Source: Syntrophales bacterium
Lineage (GTDB): Bacteria > Desulfobacterota > Syntrophia > Syntrophales > UBA2210
Direction of reading: 5' to 3'
DNA: 64,000 nucleotides
Assembly (NCBI GenBank): GCA_963666365.2
Contig: CAXXNF010000002.1
Coordinates: 800,001-864,000, forward strand
Numbering within the stretch: position 1 is the first letter of the stretch; each line of letters begins with the position of its first letter. Of this stretch, positions 1 through 10,105 are shown in pieces. A program made the position numbers and the translations under genes. The notes below the pieces were generated by a model that had not been told where the DNA came from, did not search any database, and saw only the letters and a list, made by a program, of their open reading frames with translations.

Positions 1-189
1 GTAGTAGTGAACAGGGCCCTGCGAAATAACGGTCGTCAAGACGGAGACCGCGCATATCGTGGCCAGAAAGAGTGCAAAAGATACCCAGGGATAACAGAGC
101 TCTTTTTTCAACACACCGATCAAGGGGGTAATCAAAGCACACATGAGCGGGATTATCACTATTAGAACCGGCGCCTGTTGAGTCATCAT
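1..189 (-). CDS. mrpD: Mrp/Mnh antiporter subunit D family protein, N-terminal part (runs off window edge)
   Basis: Manual translation MMTQQAPVLIVIIPLMCALITPLIGVLKKELCYPWV...GPVHYY is a typical MrpD N-terminus; ATGA overlap with the mrpC stop. Confidence 0.8.
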   Translation of the reverse strand, partial: MMTQQAPVLIVIIPLMCALITPLIGVLKKELCYPWVSFALFLATICAVSVLTTVISQGPVHYY

Positions 190-572
190 CGTTTCGATAC
201 CTTTAGGATCTCGTCTTCTTCAAGGGTGTGATATTTGCGGTAGATCATGATTGCAACGGCAAGTGCGACTCCCAATGTTGCAACCATAACCACGATTGCC
301 GTCAGCATGAGCACATGGGGCAGAGGATTGAGATACTGCGCCGTTTCGATGACATGGTGTCCATGCATATCGGCGTCGCTCAAAATAGGCAATGTAGCCC
401 CCCCTCTTTTATAGGCGATAGAAATATAAAAAAGAATAATCGCCGTTTGAAAGATGTTCATGCCGATAATTTTTTTTATCAGATTGTTTTTTGCAATCAT
501 GGCATAAAACCCGATCATCATAAGGACGATGTATATCCAGAAATTGTATTTTGCCACTATAAAATCTATCAT
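186..572 (-). CDS. mrpC: Na+/H+ antiporter subunit C
   Basis: NLIKKIIG and NPLPHVLMLTAIVV motifs of MrpC; start moved to ATG 572 (MIDFIV), which overlaps the upstream stop. Confidence 0.9.
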   Translation of the reverse strand: MIDFIVAKYNFWIYIVLMMIGFYAMIAKNNLIKKIIGMNIFQTAIILFYISIAYKRGGATLPILSDADMHGHHVIETAQYLNPLPHVLMLTAIVVMVATLGVALAVAIMIYRKYHTLEEDEILKVSKR

Positions 573-862
573 TGTCCCCCCCTGGAGAGCTGCTTCTTCC
601 GTCTTCGAAGGAGCAAAATACATGACAGGCCGGCCGTGAAAATAACCGTTGTTTCGCCCAGAGTATCGTATCCCCGATAATCGGCCAGAATCGAGGTCAC
701 GATATTCGGTGTTGCCGTTTCTATCTCCGTTCTTTCTATGTAGCGTGGTGATACATGACTGCTTGCCGGAGAGTCGGGATCACCCCATGAGGGCATATCG
801 ATCGTGCCGTAAATGAGGAGCGCCCCTGAAATTATGGTAACGATCAATCCAAGGATTCTCAA
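569..862 (-). CDS. Mrp/Mbh-type small subunit (MbhE / MrpB N-terminal-like)
   Basis: PNIVTSILADYRGYDTLGE motif shared by MrpA C-terminal and MbhE-type subunits. Confidence 0.85.
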   Translation of the reverse strand: MRILGLIVTIISGALLIYGTIDMPSWGDPDSPASSHVSPRYIERTEIETATPNIVTSILADYRGYDTLGETTVIFTAGLSCILLLRRRKKQLSRGGQ

Positions 863-1104
863 TCTTTTGACCTCCTTGTCGTTTGCATCAACGCTGCAAT
901 GAGAAGGATTGTGCCGATGCCTGCACTCACCGATGCTTCGGTGAAAGCCACATCAACAGCGCCCATCTGCGCCCACATAAGACACATGAAAAAACTGTAT
1001 GCCCCCAAAATCATGACGGCGCTGAGAAGATCCTTCACCGTGATGGCGGCAATGGCGCAGATGATGATGAATATTTGCAGTATGATATCGAAATAAACCG
1101 TCAT
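859..1104 (-). CDS. DUF4040 / MbhD-like antiporter subunit
   Basis: Three TM helices, AVDVAFTEASVSAG motif. Confidence 0.85.
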   Translation of the reverse strand: MTVYFDIILQIFIIICAIAAITVKDLLSAVMILGAYSFFMCLMWAQMGAVDVAFTEASVSAGIGTILLIAALMQTTRRSKD

Positions 1105-1415
1105 TGTTCCTCTTTCTCCTTCATCCAGGGGGTAAGCCCCGATCTCATGCCGGCTCGCGATATTGCGTGGGTGGCCGTGGGTTGGGCAATGAACATAAAC
1201 ACGGCGATTATTGCAATCTTGAGCCCCGTCAGGGAAAATCCCTCATAAAACGCCAAACCGAGAAGCGAAAGAAACACGGCCAGCGTGTCCCCCTTTCCCG
1301 TTGCATGAAGTCGTGTGAAAAAATCAGGGAACCGGAGTAGCCCGATGGTAGCCGTCGCAAAGAAAAAGAGGCCTCCCAGCAAACAGATGATGGACAACAG
1401 TATCATGAGCGTCAT
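1101..1415 (-). CDS. mrpG: Na+/H+ antiporter subunit G
   Basis: GLLRFPDFFTRLHATGKGDTL and PTATHAI motifs; start set at MTLMIL (1415). Confidence 0.92.
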   Translation of the reverse strand: MTLMILLSIICLLGGLFFFATATIGLLRFPDFFTRLHATGKGDTLAVFLSLLGLAFYEGFSLTGLKIAIIAVFMFIAQPTATHAISRAGMRSGLTPWMKEKEEQ

Positions 1416-1420
1416 ATCAT

Positions 1421-1681
1421 TCACTCCTGCGATTCGAGATACTTGGCCGCTGCAATGCACCCGATGAAATTCAAAAGCGCATAGACCATGCTGATGTCGA
1501 TAAACATGTCCACTCGTTGATACAGAAGACCAAATATGAGTAGCAATACAAGGGTTTTCGTTCCGATTGCCGAAATGGCGGCCACACGATTGAACACGCC
1601 TGGACCAAATATCACTCGATAGAGTGCAAGAAACACCAAAAAACAGAGGCATAATCCAACTGCGGTAAAAAAATAATTCAT
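1421..1681 (-). CDS. mrpF: Na+/H+ antiporter subunit F
   Basis: YRVIFGP...DISMVYALLNFIG pattern; GGAG RBS before ATG 1681. Confidence 0.9.
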   Translation of the reverse strand: MNYFFTAVGLCLCFLVFLALYRVIFGPGVFNRVAAISAIGTKTLVLLLIFGLLYQRVDMFIDISMVYALLNFIGCIAAAKYLESQE

Positions 1682-1758
1682 TGAAATCTCCAACGCTGCG
1701 TTACGAATCGGTTATTATCGCAATGAGTTGCCGACTTCATTCCGGCGATACTCGTAAT

Positions 1759-2223
1759 CTAGAGGCGATCGTCCTTATCTTCAGGTGAATACCCACCCGT
1801 TGAGATGTCGAAAAATATGGAAAACATGACCGCCATTACCGCAAAACCAACGCCTATTTCAACGCCAAGAATGCCCAATGACCGGGCATGGGCCGCATCA
1901 ACGTGAAGAATCAGTGCCAAGCGGCTGTAATCGAGATAATTTCCGAGGAGAATCAGACAGAGGAGTCCTATTCCCGCATAGATGAGCACACCCACACTGC
2001 TTAAAAGAAGCGCCACTTTTTCAGTCATGCGCTCTTTCGATTCCTCGTAGCCATGGGTCAGAAAAAGCAGCACCATGCTCGCACCGAGAATTACCCCTCC
2101 CTGAAAACCTCCACCGGGACTGTAATGGCCGTGCATGATTACATAGAGTGCAAAGATCTGTATGAAAGGTATAAGAATCCGTGCGATGGTTCTGATGATG
2201 ATATCTTCGCTTTGTATAATCAT
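1759..2223 (-). CDS. mrpB: Na+/H+ antiporter subunit B
   Basis: HGHYSPGGGFQGG signature and EIGVG motif. Confidence 0.92.
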   Translation of the reverse strand: MIIQSEDIIIRTIARILIPFIQIFALYVIMHGHYSPGGGFQGGVILGASMVLLFLTHGYEESKERMTEKVALLLSSVGVLIYAGIGLLCLILLGNYLDYSRLALILHVDAAHARSLGILGVEIGVGFAVMAVMFSIFFDISTGGYSPEDKDDRL

Positions 2224-2241
2224 TGTCCTGCATCCTCTGCG

Positions 2242-2955
2242 TTATTTGAGCGCGGCAAAAATACGCGCCACGTCAAGAACATCCTGGATATAGATATGAT
2301 CTGCTTCCATGAAAATGTGAGCGATGCGGTCTTCCATCTCTCCTGCATTGAGGTCTTCGGCCACCTTGGCGGAAAGCGCATGAACGACAAATTCATTGCC
2401 GGTAATGTCAACAGTAACGGTGCCGGGCGTCAACGTGATGGAGTTTGCGAAGGCAACCCAGGAAATATCGCTCTCCAGCTTTGTCCGGTATCGTATGATC
2501 TGCGGATCAATGGGCATTTTGGGGGAAAGCGCCAAATAGGCGACGTGAAAATTGGACACGATGATCTGATAAACATGCCAGGGAACATAGGCCAGGAACC
2601 GCTGGACGATGACCCTGATATCGCCTATTCTGATATTTGCAAAGAGCAGATCATGACTCAGGAAGGCGATGATAAGCGAACACAGCACGCCAAGGGTAAG
2701 GTGAAAGGAGTCGAATTTGCCGGACAGCAGGGCCCAGAACACCATCAATATGGCAAAGGTGACAAGGAAGTTGAGAAAACTCGACTGCGCCTCATGGGCG
2801 CCCTTTAGAATTGCCTTTAGTTTGCGCTCCTGTATCTCTCGTGTTTCCGATGTTAATCGCGTGGCTGTATCAAGGATTCCAACGGCCTGCATTTTCGCCT
2901 TCTCCATCACTTGAAAGGCGTCATCGGTAGCCTGAATCAAAAGAGTAACTTCCAT
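2242..2955 (-). CDS. mrpE: Na+/H+ antiporter subunit E with N-terminal soluble extension
   Basis: ANSITLTPGT motif and VHAL; about 55 aa charged helical extension before the first TM. Confidence 0.9.
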   Translation of the reverse strand: MEVTLLIQATDDAFQVMEKAKMQAVGILDTATRLTSETREIQERKLKAILKGAHEAQSSFLNFLVTFAILMVFWALLSGKFDSFHLTLGVLCSLIIAFLSHDLLFANIRIGDIRVIVQRFLAYVPWHVYQIIVSNFHVAYLALSPKMPIDPQIIRYRTKLESDISWVAFANSITLTPGTVTVDITGNEFVVHALSAKVAEDLNAGEMEDRIAHIFMEADHIYIQDVLDVARIFAALK

Positions 2956-2968
2956 CTGTTTTCGATCC

Positions 2969-3727
2969 TCACTGTCCCTGATTCTTTGAAGGTACTATGG
3001 CAACCGGGATGGTTGAGTTCAGTATCACGTCATAGGGAACACTTTTTTTGAAAAGGCGCTGCATAAAGGGCCGCTTCTGTCGTGCAGCGATAACAATGGC
3101 GGTCGCCTTATAGTCTCGCGAGGCGGTAACAATCTCTTCATCCACCTCACCGGCATAGATATGCGCCTCGGCATCGATTCCCGCTTCAAGGCAGCGTTCG
3201 CGTGTGTTCTGGAGCCGTTCCTTCAACTGGCGCATATCTTTTACGGTGAGTTTCTGATTGATAACATGAATAATTTCCAGCTCTCGGATGCCTGTTCCCA
3301 ACTGGATAATGAACCTCAGCGCCTCTTCGGAAGGAGCACTCCAGTCCGTTGCGAAGACCACATGATCCGTCAATGGCAGGGTTAAGGGTTCGCCCTTCGT
3401 CACCACGATCGGTACGGGTGTTTTCTTTAAGAGTGCAGGTATAATGGCTTCATAGCGATGATCGGCAACATGAAGGGCAATTAACGACGCCTTCTTTTGG
3501 ATGGCGCAATCGATGATAATATCAGCCGTAAGGATTTCGCATATCTCATGACCCGTTTTAATGGATGGGTCACCCATTCTTTGCACGGGCACTTTAGCGG
3601 CGGCCGGGGATATACAGACAACCTCCCCCTGTGCGTTGCCCCACAAAGAAGTCATGTGCTCCAGTATCGCGCATGTAGTATCGAGATCGGATGAATCCGT
3701 CGCATACAATAATAGATTCTTTCCCAT
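2969..3727 (-). CDS. Universal stress protein (tandem-domain, N-domain degenerate)
   Basis: VVFATDWS...IIHV...IVIA...PVAIVP USP pattern. Confidence 0.85.
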   Translation of the reverse strand: MGKNLLLYATDSSDLDTTCAILEHMTSLWGNAQGEVVCISPAAAKVPVQRMGDPSIKTGHEICEILTADIIIDCAIQKKASLIALHVADHRYEAIIPALLKKTPVPIVVTKGEPLTLPLTDHVVFATDWSAPSEEALRFIIQLGTGIRELEIIHVINQKLTVKDMRQLKERLQNTRERCLEAGIDAEAHIYAGEVDEEIVTASRDYKATAIVIAARQKRPFMQRLFKKSVPYDVILNSTIPVAIVPSKNQGQ

Positions 3728-3755
3728 GTACCCCCCTGGAAGATCACGTGCAGAT

Positions 3756-4646
3756 TCAGTTTGACACGCTTTCGTCAGCAGGAATCAGCAGTATTGGAAG
3801 CGCAGTAAATTTCACCAGTTTCGTTGCAACGCCGCCCAGAAGGCGCTCCTTGAGAGAATTCACTCCTGTCGTACCCGCAACGATCATTGTTGCTTCCCGT
3901 TCTCTTGCCGCTTTTTCTAATTGCTCGCTCGTATCGCCAATATAGAGATGGGATTCCGTCTGAATGCCCTGTTGCTCAAATGTGTCGCAGATTTTCTCCA
4001 TTTTCTGCTTGTTTTCTTTCCTCACCGACTGAATTTCCATCGAGGATGAACCCTTGAATTCTTTTTCGCTCGCCACATGCACCACTACCACGCTTTTAAT
4101 AATCTCTTTATATTGCAGAAGATGCTGTGCGGATCGTTCGCTTGCAGGCGACCAGTCCATAGCCAAGAGCGGTCGCTCAAAGGGTCGCTCGTTGACGGCG
4201 CCCGAGGGGAGGATGTATTTGTACACAAGCACCGGCTTTGAGGTTCTCTGGAGTATGTCGAGCGTTTCGGAACCGCCGTATATTTCTTCCAGCTTTCCCT
4301 GCTTGTGGTATCCCGTCACAATGAGATCCACATCCTCTTCGGCGGCCGTGGATATGATTTTAGGGAGCGGATTGCCCACAACAATGTAGGCGCCTACTTC
4401 CATTCCTTGCTCAAAGAGACTTTCGGCCCAATCAATAAACCGTACGTTCGCTATTTCCCTGAGTTTGACCTCTTCGTCTTTCAGATATCCCTTGCCGCGG
4501 TGCATCGCCACCTTTTCCCGGGCAATCACATGAAGGAACACGGCATGATTGAATCCTGTTTTACGCAGGTCCATCAATGATTCCAAGGCATCGAACCACA
4601 GTTCTTCAAATTGGGTCACAAAGAGCAATTTTTTATTTTTCATCAC
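3756..4646 (-). CDS. Universal stress protein (two USP domains)
   Basis: DLIVTG...GS, LAMDWS, IVAGTTG...LLGGVA motifs. Confidence 0.9.
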   Translation of the reverse strand: MMKNKKLLFVTQFEELWFDALESLMDLRKTGFNHAVFLHVIAREKVAMHRGKGYLKDEEVKLREIANVRFIDWAESLFEQGMEVGAYIVVGNPLPKIISTAAEEDVDLIVTGYHKQGKLEEIYGGSETLDILQRTSKPVLVYKYILPSGAVNERPFERPLLAMDWSPASERSAQHLLQYKEIIKSVVVVHVASEKEFKGSSSMEIQSVRKENKQKMEKICDTFEQQGIQTESHLYIGDTSEQLEKAAREREATMIVAGTTGVNSLKERLLGGVATKLVKFTALPILLIPADESVSN

Positions 4647-4671
4647 ATCCTCTACTCGTGCGATAGCAATT

Positions 4672-5064
4672 TCAGCCGATCATGTCTTTTATCGCTTCAG
4701 CCAACTCATCAGGCTCAACAGGCTTTTCTATGTACATGTCCGGTTCAGGCACCGGCAGATCGCCAAATTCAGTCAACGCTTCCTGGGAACGAAGGAACGT
4801 TCGCTTGGCAATTCCCGACAGGATAATAACGGGAATGTTTTTCAGTAAATCGTCACTCTTGAGTTCACGGTACATTTTAATACCGCTCTGCTTGGGCATC
4901 AGCACATCGAGTATTACAAGGTCGGGGTTCTCCTCCTTTGCAATGGCAAGCCCCATTTCTCCGTTTTTCGCTACAATAGGGATATAGCCGTTTTCTTCCA
5001 GCACCGTTTTTACAAATGCGCTGATATCGGGATCATCATCTACGGTGAGCACCTTCTTTGGCAT
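4672..5064 (-). CDS. Single-domain response regulator (CheY-like receiver)
   Basis: VDDD, LVILDVLMPKQSG, IEKP; no output domain; start at MPKK after AAGGAGG. Confidence 0.9.
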   Translation of the reverse strand: MPKKVLTVDDDPDISAFVKTVLEENGYIPIVAKNGEMGLAIAKEENPDLVILDVLMPKQSGIKMYRELKSDDLLKNIPVIILSGIAKRTFLRSQEALTEFGDLPVPEPDMYIEKPVEPDELAEAIKDMIG

Positions 5065-5107
5065 GCCAGCCCTCCTTCGTTTTATAATCGCAGACACAAA
5101 GTGATTA

Positions 5108-6640
5108 TTAGGAAACCTTTCTGTAAGGCAGACGCATTGTAAAGCTTGAACCTTTTCCCACCCTGGAAGATACTTTTATCGTGCCGCCGTGCTCCTGAAT
5201 GAGTTTTTGCGTGACCAAAAGGCCGAGCCCGGTACCTCTTCCTCCTTTTGTGCTGAAAAAGGCCGTGAAAAGTTTCCCCTTCACTTCGTCGCTCATTCCC
5301 GCGCCATTGTCTTTCACTTCAAACCGGATAATATTATCTTCTTCACCTTTGGTTTTCACCACAATTCGATGTTTCTTTTTAGTCACATCGAGATCATATA
5401 TACATGCATCTATTGCATTCGATACCAGGTTAAGCAGTGATCGGTGGATTGCATTGGGGTCCATTGACACTTCCCCGATGGATAAATCGAACTCCGTGAG
5501 TATCTCGACCTCGTTTTCCACCGCCTTCGTCTCCATCAACTCGCACACGTCCTGCGCAATGTCATTGGGAGAGCATTCCTGATATTCCGGTTCACGTTCT
5601 TTTGAATAGGATAGAAGATCGGCAACCAGGGACGATACGCGGGCCACGTTCTTCTGAACCATATTCCAGCCAGTTTTTAGCTTATCCCTATCATTCTTGT
5701 CAAGACCAATATTTACAATATAGGTCCCTCCTTTGAGGCCGGTGAGAATATTTTTTATGTAGTGGGCAAGTCTTGCCACGGTCTGTCCGATCGCCGCAAG
5801 CCTCTCGGAGTTGACTAATTCCTGTTGAAGTCGTTTTATTTCACGCAAGTCCTGAAAGAATCCCACGCTGCCGATAATGGCGTCTCCGTCGAAAAGGAGC
5901 GTCCCCGAAAACTGAGTCGGCACCGATGATTCGTCCTTTCCGCGGATTTCCACTTCTTTCCATCCCCACCCTTTTTTGTCGCGTCTCCTGCGAAATCCGC
6001 TTGAGTATTCTTTAGCAATATCAGGCGGGTACAGCTGCGTAAAATGCATTTTCCTTATAACTTCCAGTCGTGAGTATCCAAATATCCGCTCAGCGCCGGG
6101 ATTGAAAATGATAATCATTCCGTCTTCATCGGTGGCAACAATTCCATCATTGGAACTAGTAATAAGCTTATCCTGAAATACCGATTTTCTTTTTACCTCT
6201 CCTATGGCAATTTCGCACATATTTTCAAGATCATTCGTGTAGGCATTTAACTTTTCCCGCACTGCAATCTTTTCACGGGCCCGCTGAAGAGCCACCTGGA
6301 GCGCGGCATCTCTCACCGGCTTATTTATGAAATCGGACGCACCGTATTTGAGGGCGTCTATGGCCGAATCCATGTCGCCATGACCAGTAATAACAATAAC
6401 TTCCGCGTCAGGGTTTATATGCTTTACCTTTTTCAGCACCTCAATGCCGTTCATGCCCGGCATTTTCAGGTCGGTAAGCACAATCCCTGGCGCTTCCTTT
6501 TCAAAAAGATCGATTCCCTCGGTGCCGCTCTGTGCGGTAACGACTCGATATCCATCGCTCCTCAGGGATATTGAAAGCACCTGCAGTATAGCCTTTTCGT
6601 CATCGATAAATAATATTTTCTTGGGATCCATGGTTTTCAT
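5108..6640 (-). CDS. Hybrid sensor histidine kinase (REC-PAS-HisKA-HATPase)
   Basis: N-terminal receiver DLKMPGMNG; PAS; H-box LAHYIKN; N, G1 (DNGAG), F and G2 (GTGLGL) boxes. Confidence 0.92.
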   Translation of the reverse strand: MKTMDPKKILFIDDEKAILQVLSISLRSDGYRVVTAQSGTEGIDLFEKEAPGIVLTDLKMPGMNGIEVLKKVKHINPDAEVIVITGHGDMDSAIDALKYGASDFINKPVRDAALQVALQRAREKIAVREKLNAYTNDLENMCEIAIGEVKRKSVFQDKLITSSNDGIVATDEDGMIIIFNPGAERIFGYSRLEVIRKMHFTQLYPPDIAKEYSSGFRRRRDKKGWGWKEVEIRGKDESSVPTQFSGTLLFDGDAIIGSVGFFQDLREIKRLQQELVNSERLAAIGQTVARLAHYIKNILTGLKGGTYIVNIGLDKNDRDKLKTGWNMVQKNVARVSSLVADLLSYSKEREPEYQECSPNDIAQDVCELMETKAVENEVEILTEFDLSIGEVSMDPNAIHRSLLNLVSNAIDACIYDLDVTKKKHRIVVKTKGEEDNIIRFEVKDNGAGMSDEVKGKLFTAFFSTKGGRGTGLGLLVTQKLIQEHGGTIKVSSRVGKGSSFTMRLPYRKVS

Positions 6641-6657
6641 TTTCCCCGTAATGTGCG

Positions 6658-9600
6658 TTACGATATTGCGGGAAAGGAAAGCGTGAATGTAGTTCCCTTG
6701 TCAATCATGCTATCCACTTCGATTGTTCCCCCGTAGTCGGTCACGATGCCGTAGCTTATACTCATGCCGAGCCCCGTTCCCTTGCCCACTCCTTTGGTGG
6801 TAAAAAACGGTTCGAAGATCTTGTCCTTAACCTCTTCCGACATTCCCGTTCCGTTGTCAAAAACCGTCACTACAACCCGGTCATTCTCAGCGTACGACCG
6901 TATCTTAACGCACTTCCGCCTCTCCCCTTCTAACGGCCGTCTTCTCTCGTCAAGGGCGTCCATGGCATTGGTCACAAGGTTGATAAACACCTGTTCCATT
7001 CTATTGTGGTCGGCATTTATCGGAGAAATATCATCCTCCAGATCCAGCTCCACTTCTATCTGATGGACACGTAATTGCTGTCCGAGAATCTTAAATACAT
7101 CAAGAATAGGCTTGTTGATATTTATTTTATCACTGGTTACCTCCGATTGTCTTGAAAAATCTTTCATGTGCTTTATGGTGCTGGCCGCCCTCTGCACATT
7201 CTTTTCTATCTCTTCACACATCGCGTAGAGATCGTTGTCCTCTATCTTGTCGCCCCTTTTCAACGTCTTCATAAAAAAATCGGCACAGACCTGGATAACA
7301 TTGAGCGGCTGGTTTATTTCATGGGCAATGCCCGATGCCATGGTTCCCAGCGTTGCCATCTTGCTTGCCTGTATTAACTGCGTTTCCTTCTGCACATTTT
7401 CGGTGACATCCGGCGTGGTTGCAATCAGGCAATCACGGCCCATGAAGCGAATGGAACTGACATGCATGTCGACGAAAAACGACGCGCCGTTCCCTTTTCG
7501 ATGAAGCCGTTTCGGGAAAAACCGTGATTCATGAGATAGCATTCCACGAAGCTCATCGGCTAGTTTCTTGTCAGGCATATTCGCCAGATTTACAAAAGTC
7601 ATATTGAGAAAATCCTCTCTCCTGTATCCATAGCATTTCACGGCCGTCGCATTCACATCAAGTATCTTCAGCGAAGCTTTTTCAAAAATAAATATGGGAT
7701 TGGGATCTGCGTCGAACATGGAACGATATTTTTCTTCAGATAGTCGCAAATCGTGATAGGACGCTTCCAGTTCACGAGTTTTTTCTTTCACTTTAATTTC
7801 GAGACTTTTCCCGAACATTTTTGTTTCGTGGTGAAGTTGGGCGTTTTCTATCTGCAGTGACAAGTGGTTGCCTATAATTGAAAGCACATTTTTATCTTCT
7901 TCGGACAATTTGTTTGTCCGGTGACTTGATATCCGTATCACACCGAATACGCCCTTGTTTGAACTGAGCGGTATATAGGCGGCCGTTTTCAAACCTTCTT
8001 TCTGGGCATATTTTTTGTATGGAGTTTTGATGTGTTTCACATCCTCTAGAAACATCATCGTGCCCCTTCGCGCCACTTCGCCGATAATTCCGTCGGAACC
8101 AACAAAGCTTCCCGTTTTATAAAACGGGTCCCTGTATCCCATCGAGTAGGCAACGCGAAACACATCATTGTCTTCCCTCAGATACACACCGGCGCTGTCT
8201 ATATCAAGATGCGTTATTATGCCGGAAAGGGCAGCCTTCAGCGTCTCATCAAGATCGAGTGTTGCGGAAAAAGCGCTGGTAATTTCCCAGAGCGACGAAA
8301 GTTGCCTGATATGTTGCTCGCGCTCATTTTTGAGAAGTTTCGAATCGGTAATATCCCAGAATGTCTCTATGGCGCCTTCTACCGCCCCATCGGCCCCCTT
8401 TATAGGTGCCGCGGTGATATACAGCCAGCGACCCTTGCTGCCCATCTGAGGAAAAAAGTTTTCCGCCTCGTAGGCTCCTTCAATAAACCGAGAAACCCGC
8501 CCTTTCTCTCCGTAATAACGCCTTATTTCATTCAACCCCGCCCTGTCGACAAGCAGATCGGCAAGGATCGGCTTTTCGCCTGTATAAAAAGCCTCCCAGT
8601 GCTTTGCCGTTCCCACTATTTCCTTGGCCTTGTACCCTGTCAACCTTTCCAGGGCCCTGTTCCAGTGAATTATGGTATGATCCTTGTTGATCACAAATGC
8701 GGGAATGCTTATTCCCTCCACAATCTCAGAGAGGGTTTTTTCACGTTTTATCAGCTCTTTCTCGGCACGCGTTCGTTCGGTGATATCTTCATAGGCGGCA
8801 ACAACGGACTGATCCTTCAGCTCATCGCCGATTCGCGCACTGCGCATAACGCAGAGTATCTCGCTCCCATCTTTCCTGACACAGGGGAATTCATGGGTAA
8901 ACGACCGGTATTTCTTTAAGGTCTCATAGAGCAACATGCCTATTTGACGGTATTCCTCTTCACTCCGGTACAATATCCGGGTGTTCTTTCCTATCAGCTC
9001 CGCCGGCTTCCACCCAAACACAGATTCGGCCGCATCGTTGGCGAATTCGATCCGCCGGCGCCGCAATACAAGAACCGCCGTGGGGATCGCATCAAGAATC
9101 GATTCTTCCAGTGCAACCAGGTCTTCGAGAACCTGCTTCGCCTGCCGCTCGGCGCTGACATCCCAAAGCGTTTCTATGGCGCCTTGAAGCCTTCCGTCGA
9201 TCCCCCGTATGGGGGCCGCGGTAAAGTAAAGCCACTTCCCCGTTACCCCGAGGTTGGGAAAAAAATCTTCGGCCTGGTAGGCGCCTTTCAAAAGAGAAAA
9301 GGGACGCAATCGACTTCCATAATAACGTTGTATCCGATCCTTTGAAACCTTGTCGACAATAAAATCAGCTAAGCAGGGCTGATCTTCCGAATAGAACGCC
9401 TTCCATTGGTCGTTGGTACCTATCAGATCTTTGGCAGCATGTCCCGTCAGAACTTCCAGGGCCTTGTTCCAGTGAGTAATGGTGTGATTGTTATCAATGA
9501 CAAAAATGGGAATGGCGCTTCCCTGAATGATCTGTGATAGAACCCGCTCTCTTCGCACCAATTTCCGCTCAACGGTCTGAAGGTGGGCTGTCCTGTCGCC

Positions 9601-10083
9601 TATGATGCCAGCAAGCGCTTTCGAATATCTGTCAACCCTGTCCTCTACCGATGCCAGAACATTTTCTGTCAGGCCGAAGTCCCTGGTGATCGACTTTTTG
9701 AGACTGTTCTTGACAGTCCGTTTTTTTGACTCGATCTGGAGAAAGTCCCACAGAGAAACCGCTTCAAAATGATCGATCAAGCGCACACCACGAGGTTTCT
9801 GCCGTCTTAATGACCGTAACAGATCGTTATCGCCGGTAATTTCGATGAGAAAATCCAGATGGCCACGAGTAAAAAGATTGCGATAATCAGTGGTAGTATA
9901 TATTCCCCTTCTTTTCGCATAGAGAAGACCCCGGGCACATTCATTAAGATCGGCAACTCCCACAATTACCGTCCCGAGATCGGCAAAACCGGTGTCCAAC
10001 ACAATGCTCAGAATGTCTTTACAGACCCGCCCACCACCGACAATGGCGATTTTTGACTGTTTAAAAAGATCAACCATGGCCAA
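6658..10083 (-). CDS. Cytoplasmic multi-sensor histidine kinase (Rossmann-like, 3 PAS, GAF, PAS, HisKA, HATPase)
   Basis: AHEINQPL H-box, DNGTG and GTGLG boxes; no TM helices; start may be ATG 10077. Confidence 0.9.
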   Translation of the reverse strand: MAMVDLFKQSKIAIVGGGRVCKDILSIVLDTGFADLGTVIVGVADLNECARGLLYAKRRGIYTTTDYRNLFTRGHLDFLIEITGDNDLLRSLRRQKPRGVRLIDHFEAVSLWDFLQIESKKRTVKNSLKKSITRDFGLTENVLASVEDRVDRYSKALAGIIGDRTAHLQTVERKLVRRERVLSQIIQGSAIPIFVIDNNHTITHWNKALEVLTGHAAKDLIGTNDQWKAFYSEDQPCLADFIVDKVSKDRIQRYYGSRLRPFSLLKGAYQAEDFFPNLGVTGKWLYFTAAPIRGIDGRLQGAIETLWDVSAERQAKQVLEDLVALEESILDAIPTAVLVLRRRRIEFANDAAESVFGWKPAELIGKNTRILYRSEEEYRQIGMLLYETLKKYRSFTHEFPCVRKDGSEILCVMRSARIGDELKDQSVVAAYEDITERTRAEKELIKREKTLSEIVEGISIPAFVINKDHTIIHWNRALERLTGYKAKEIVGTAKHWEAFYTGEKPILADLLVDRAGLNEIRRYYGEKGRVSRFIEGAYEAENFFPQMGSKGRWLYITAAPIKGADGAVEGAIETFWDITDSKLLKNEREQHIRQLSSLWEITSAFSATLDLDETLKAALSGIITHLDIDSAGVYLREDNDVFRVAYSMGYRDPFYKTGSFVGSDGIIGEVARRGTMMFLEDVKHIKTPYKKYAQKEGLKTAAYIPLSSNKGVFGVIRISSHRTNKLSEEDKNVLSIIGNHLSLQIENAQLHHETKMFGKSLEIKVKEKTRELEASYHDLRLSEEKYRSMFDADPNPIFIFEKASLKILDVNATAVKCYGYRREDFLNMTFVNLANMPDKKLADELRGMLSHESRFFPKRLHRKGNGASFFVDMHVSSIRFMGRDCLIATTPDVTENVQKETQLIQASKMATLGTMASGIAHEINQPLNVIQVCADFFMKTLKRGDKIEDNDLYAMCEEIEKNVQRAASTIKHMKDFSRQSEVTSDKININKPILDVFKILGQQLRVHQIEVELDLEDDISPINADHNRMEQVFINLVTNAMDALDERRRPLEGERRKCVKIRSYAENDRVVVTVFDNGTGMSEEVKDKIFEPFFTTKGVGKGTGLGMSISYGIVTDYGGTIEVDSMIDKGTTFTLSFPAIS

Positions 10084-10105
10084 CTCTCTGTGCGATTATG
10101 CGGTG

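Noticed and set aside
1416..1652. Long N-terminus of mrpG in the ORF track (also those of mrpC, adk, Fe-ADH and the binding protein)
   Set aside because: These extensions overlap neighbouring genes or lack an RBS; downstream ATGs fit family lengths.
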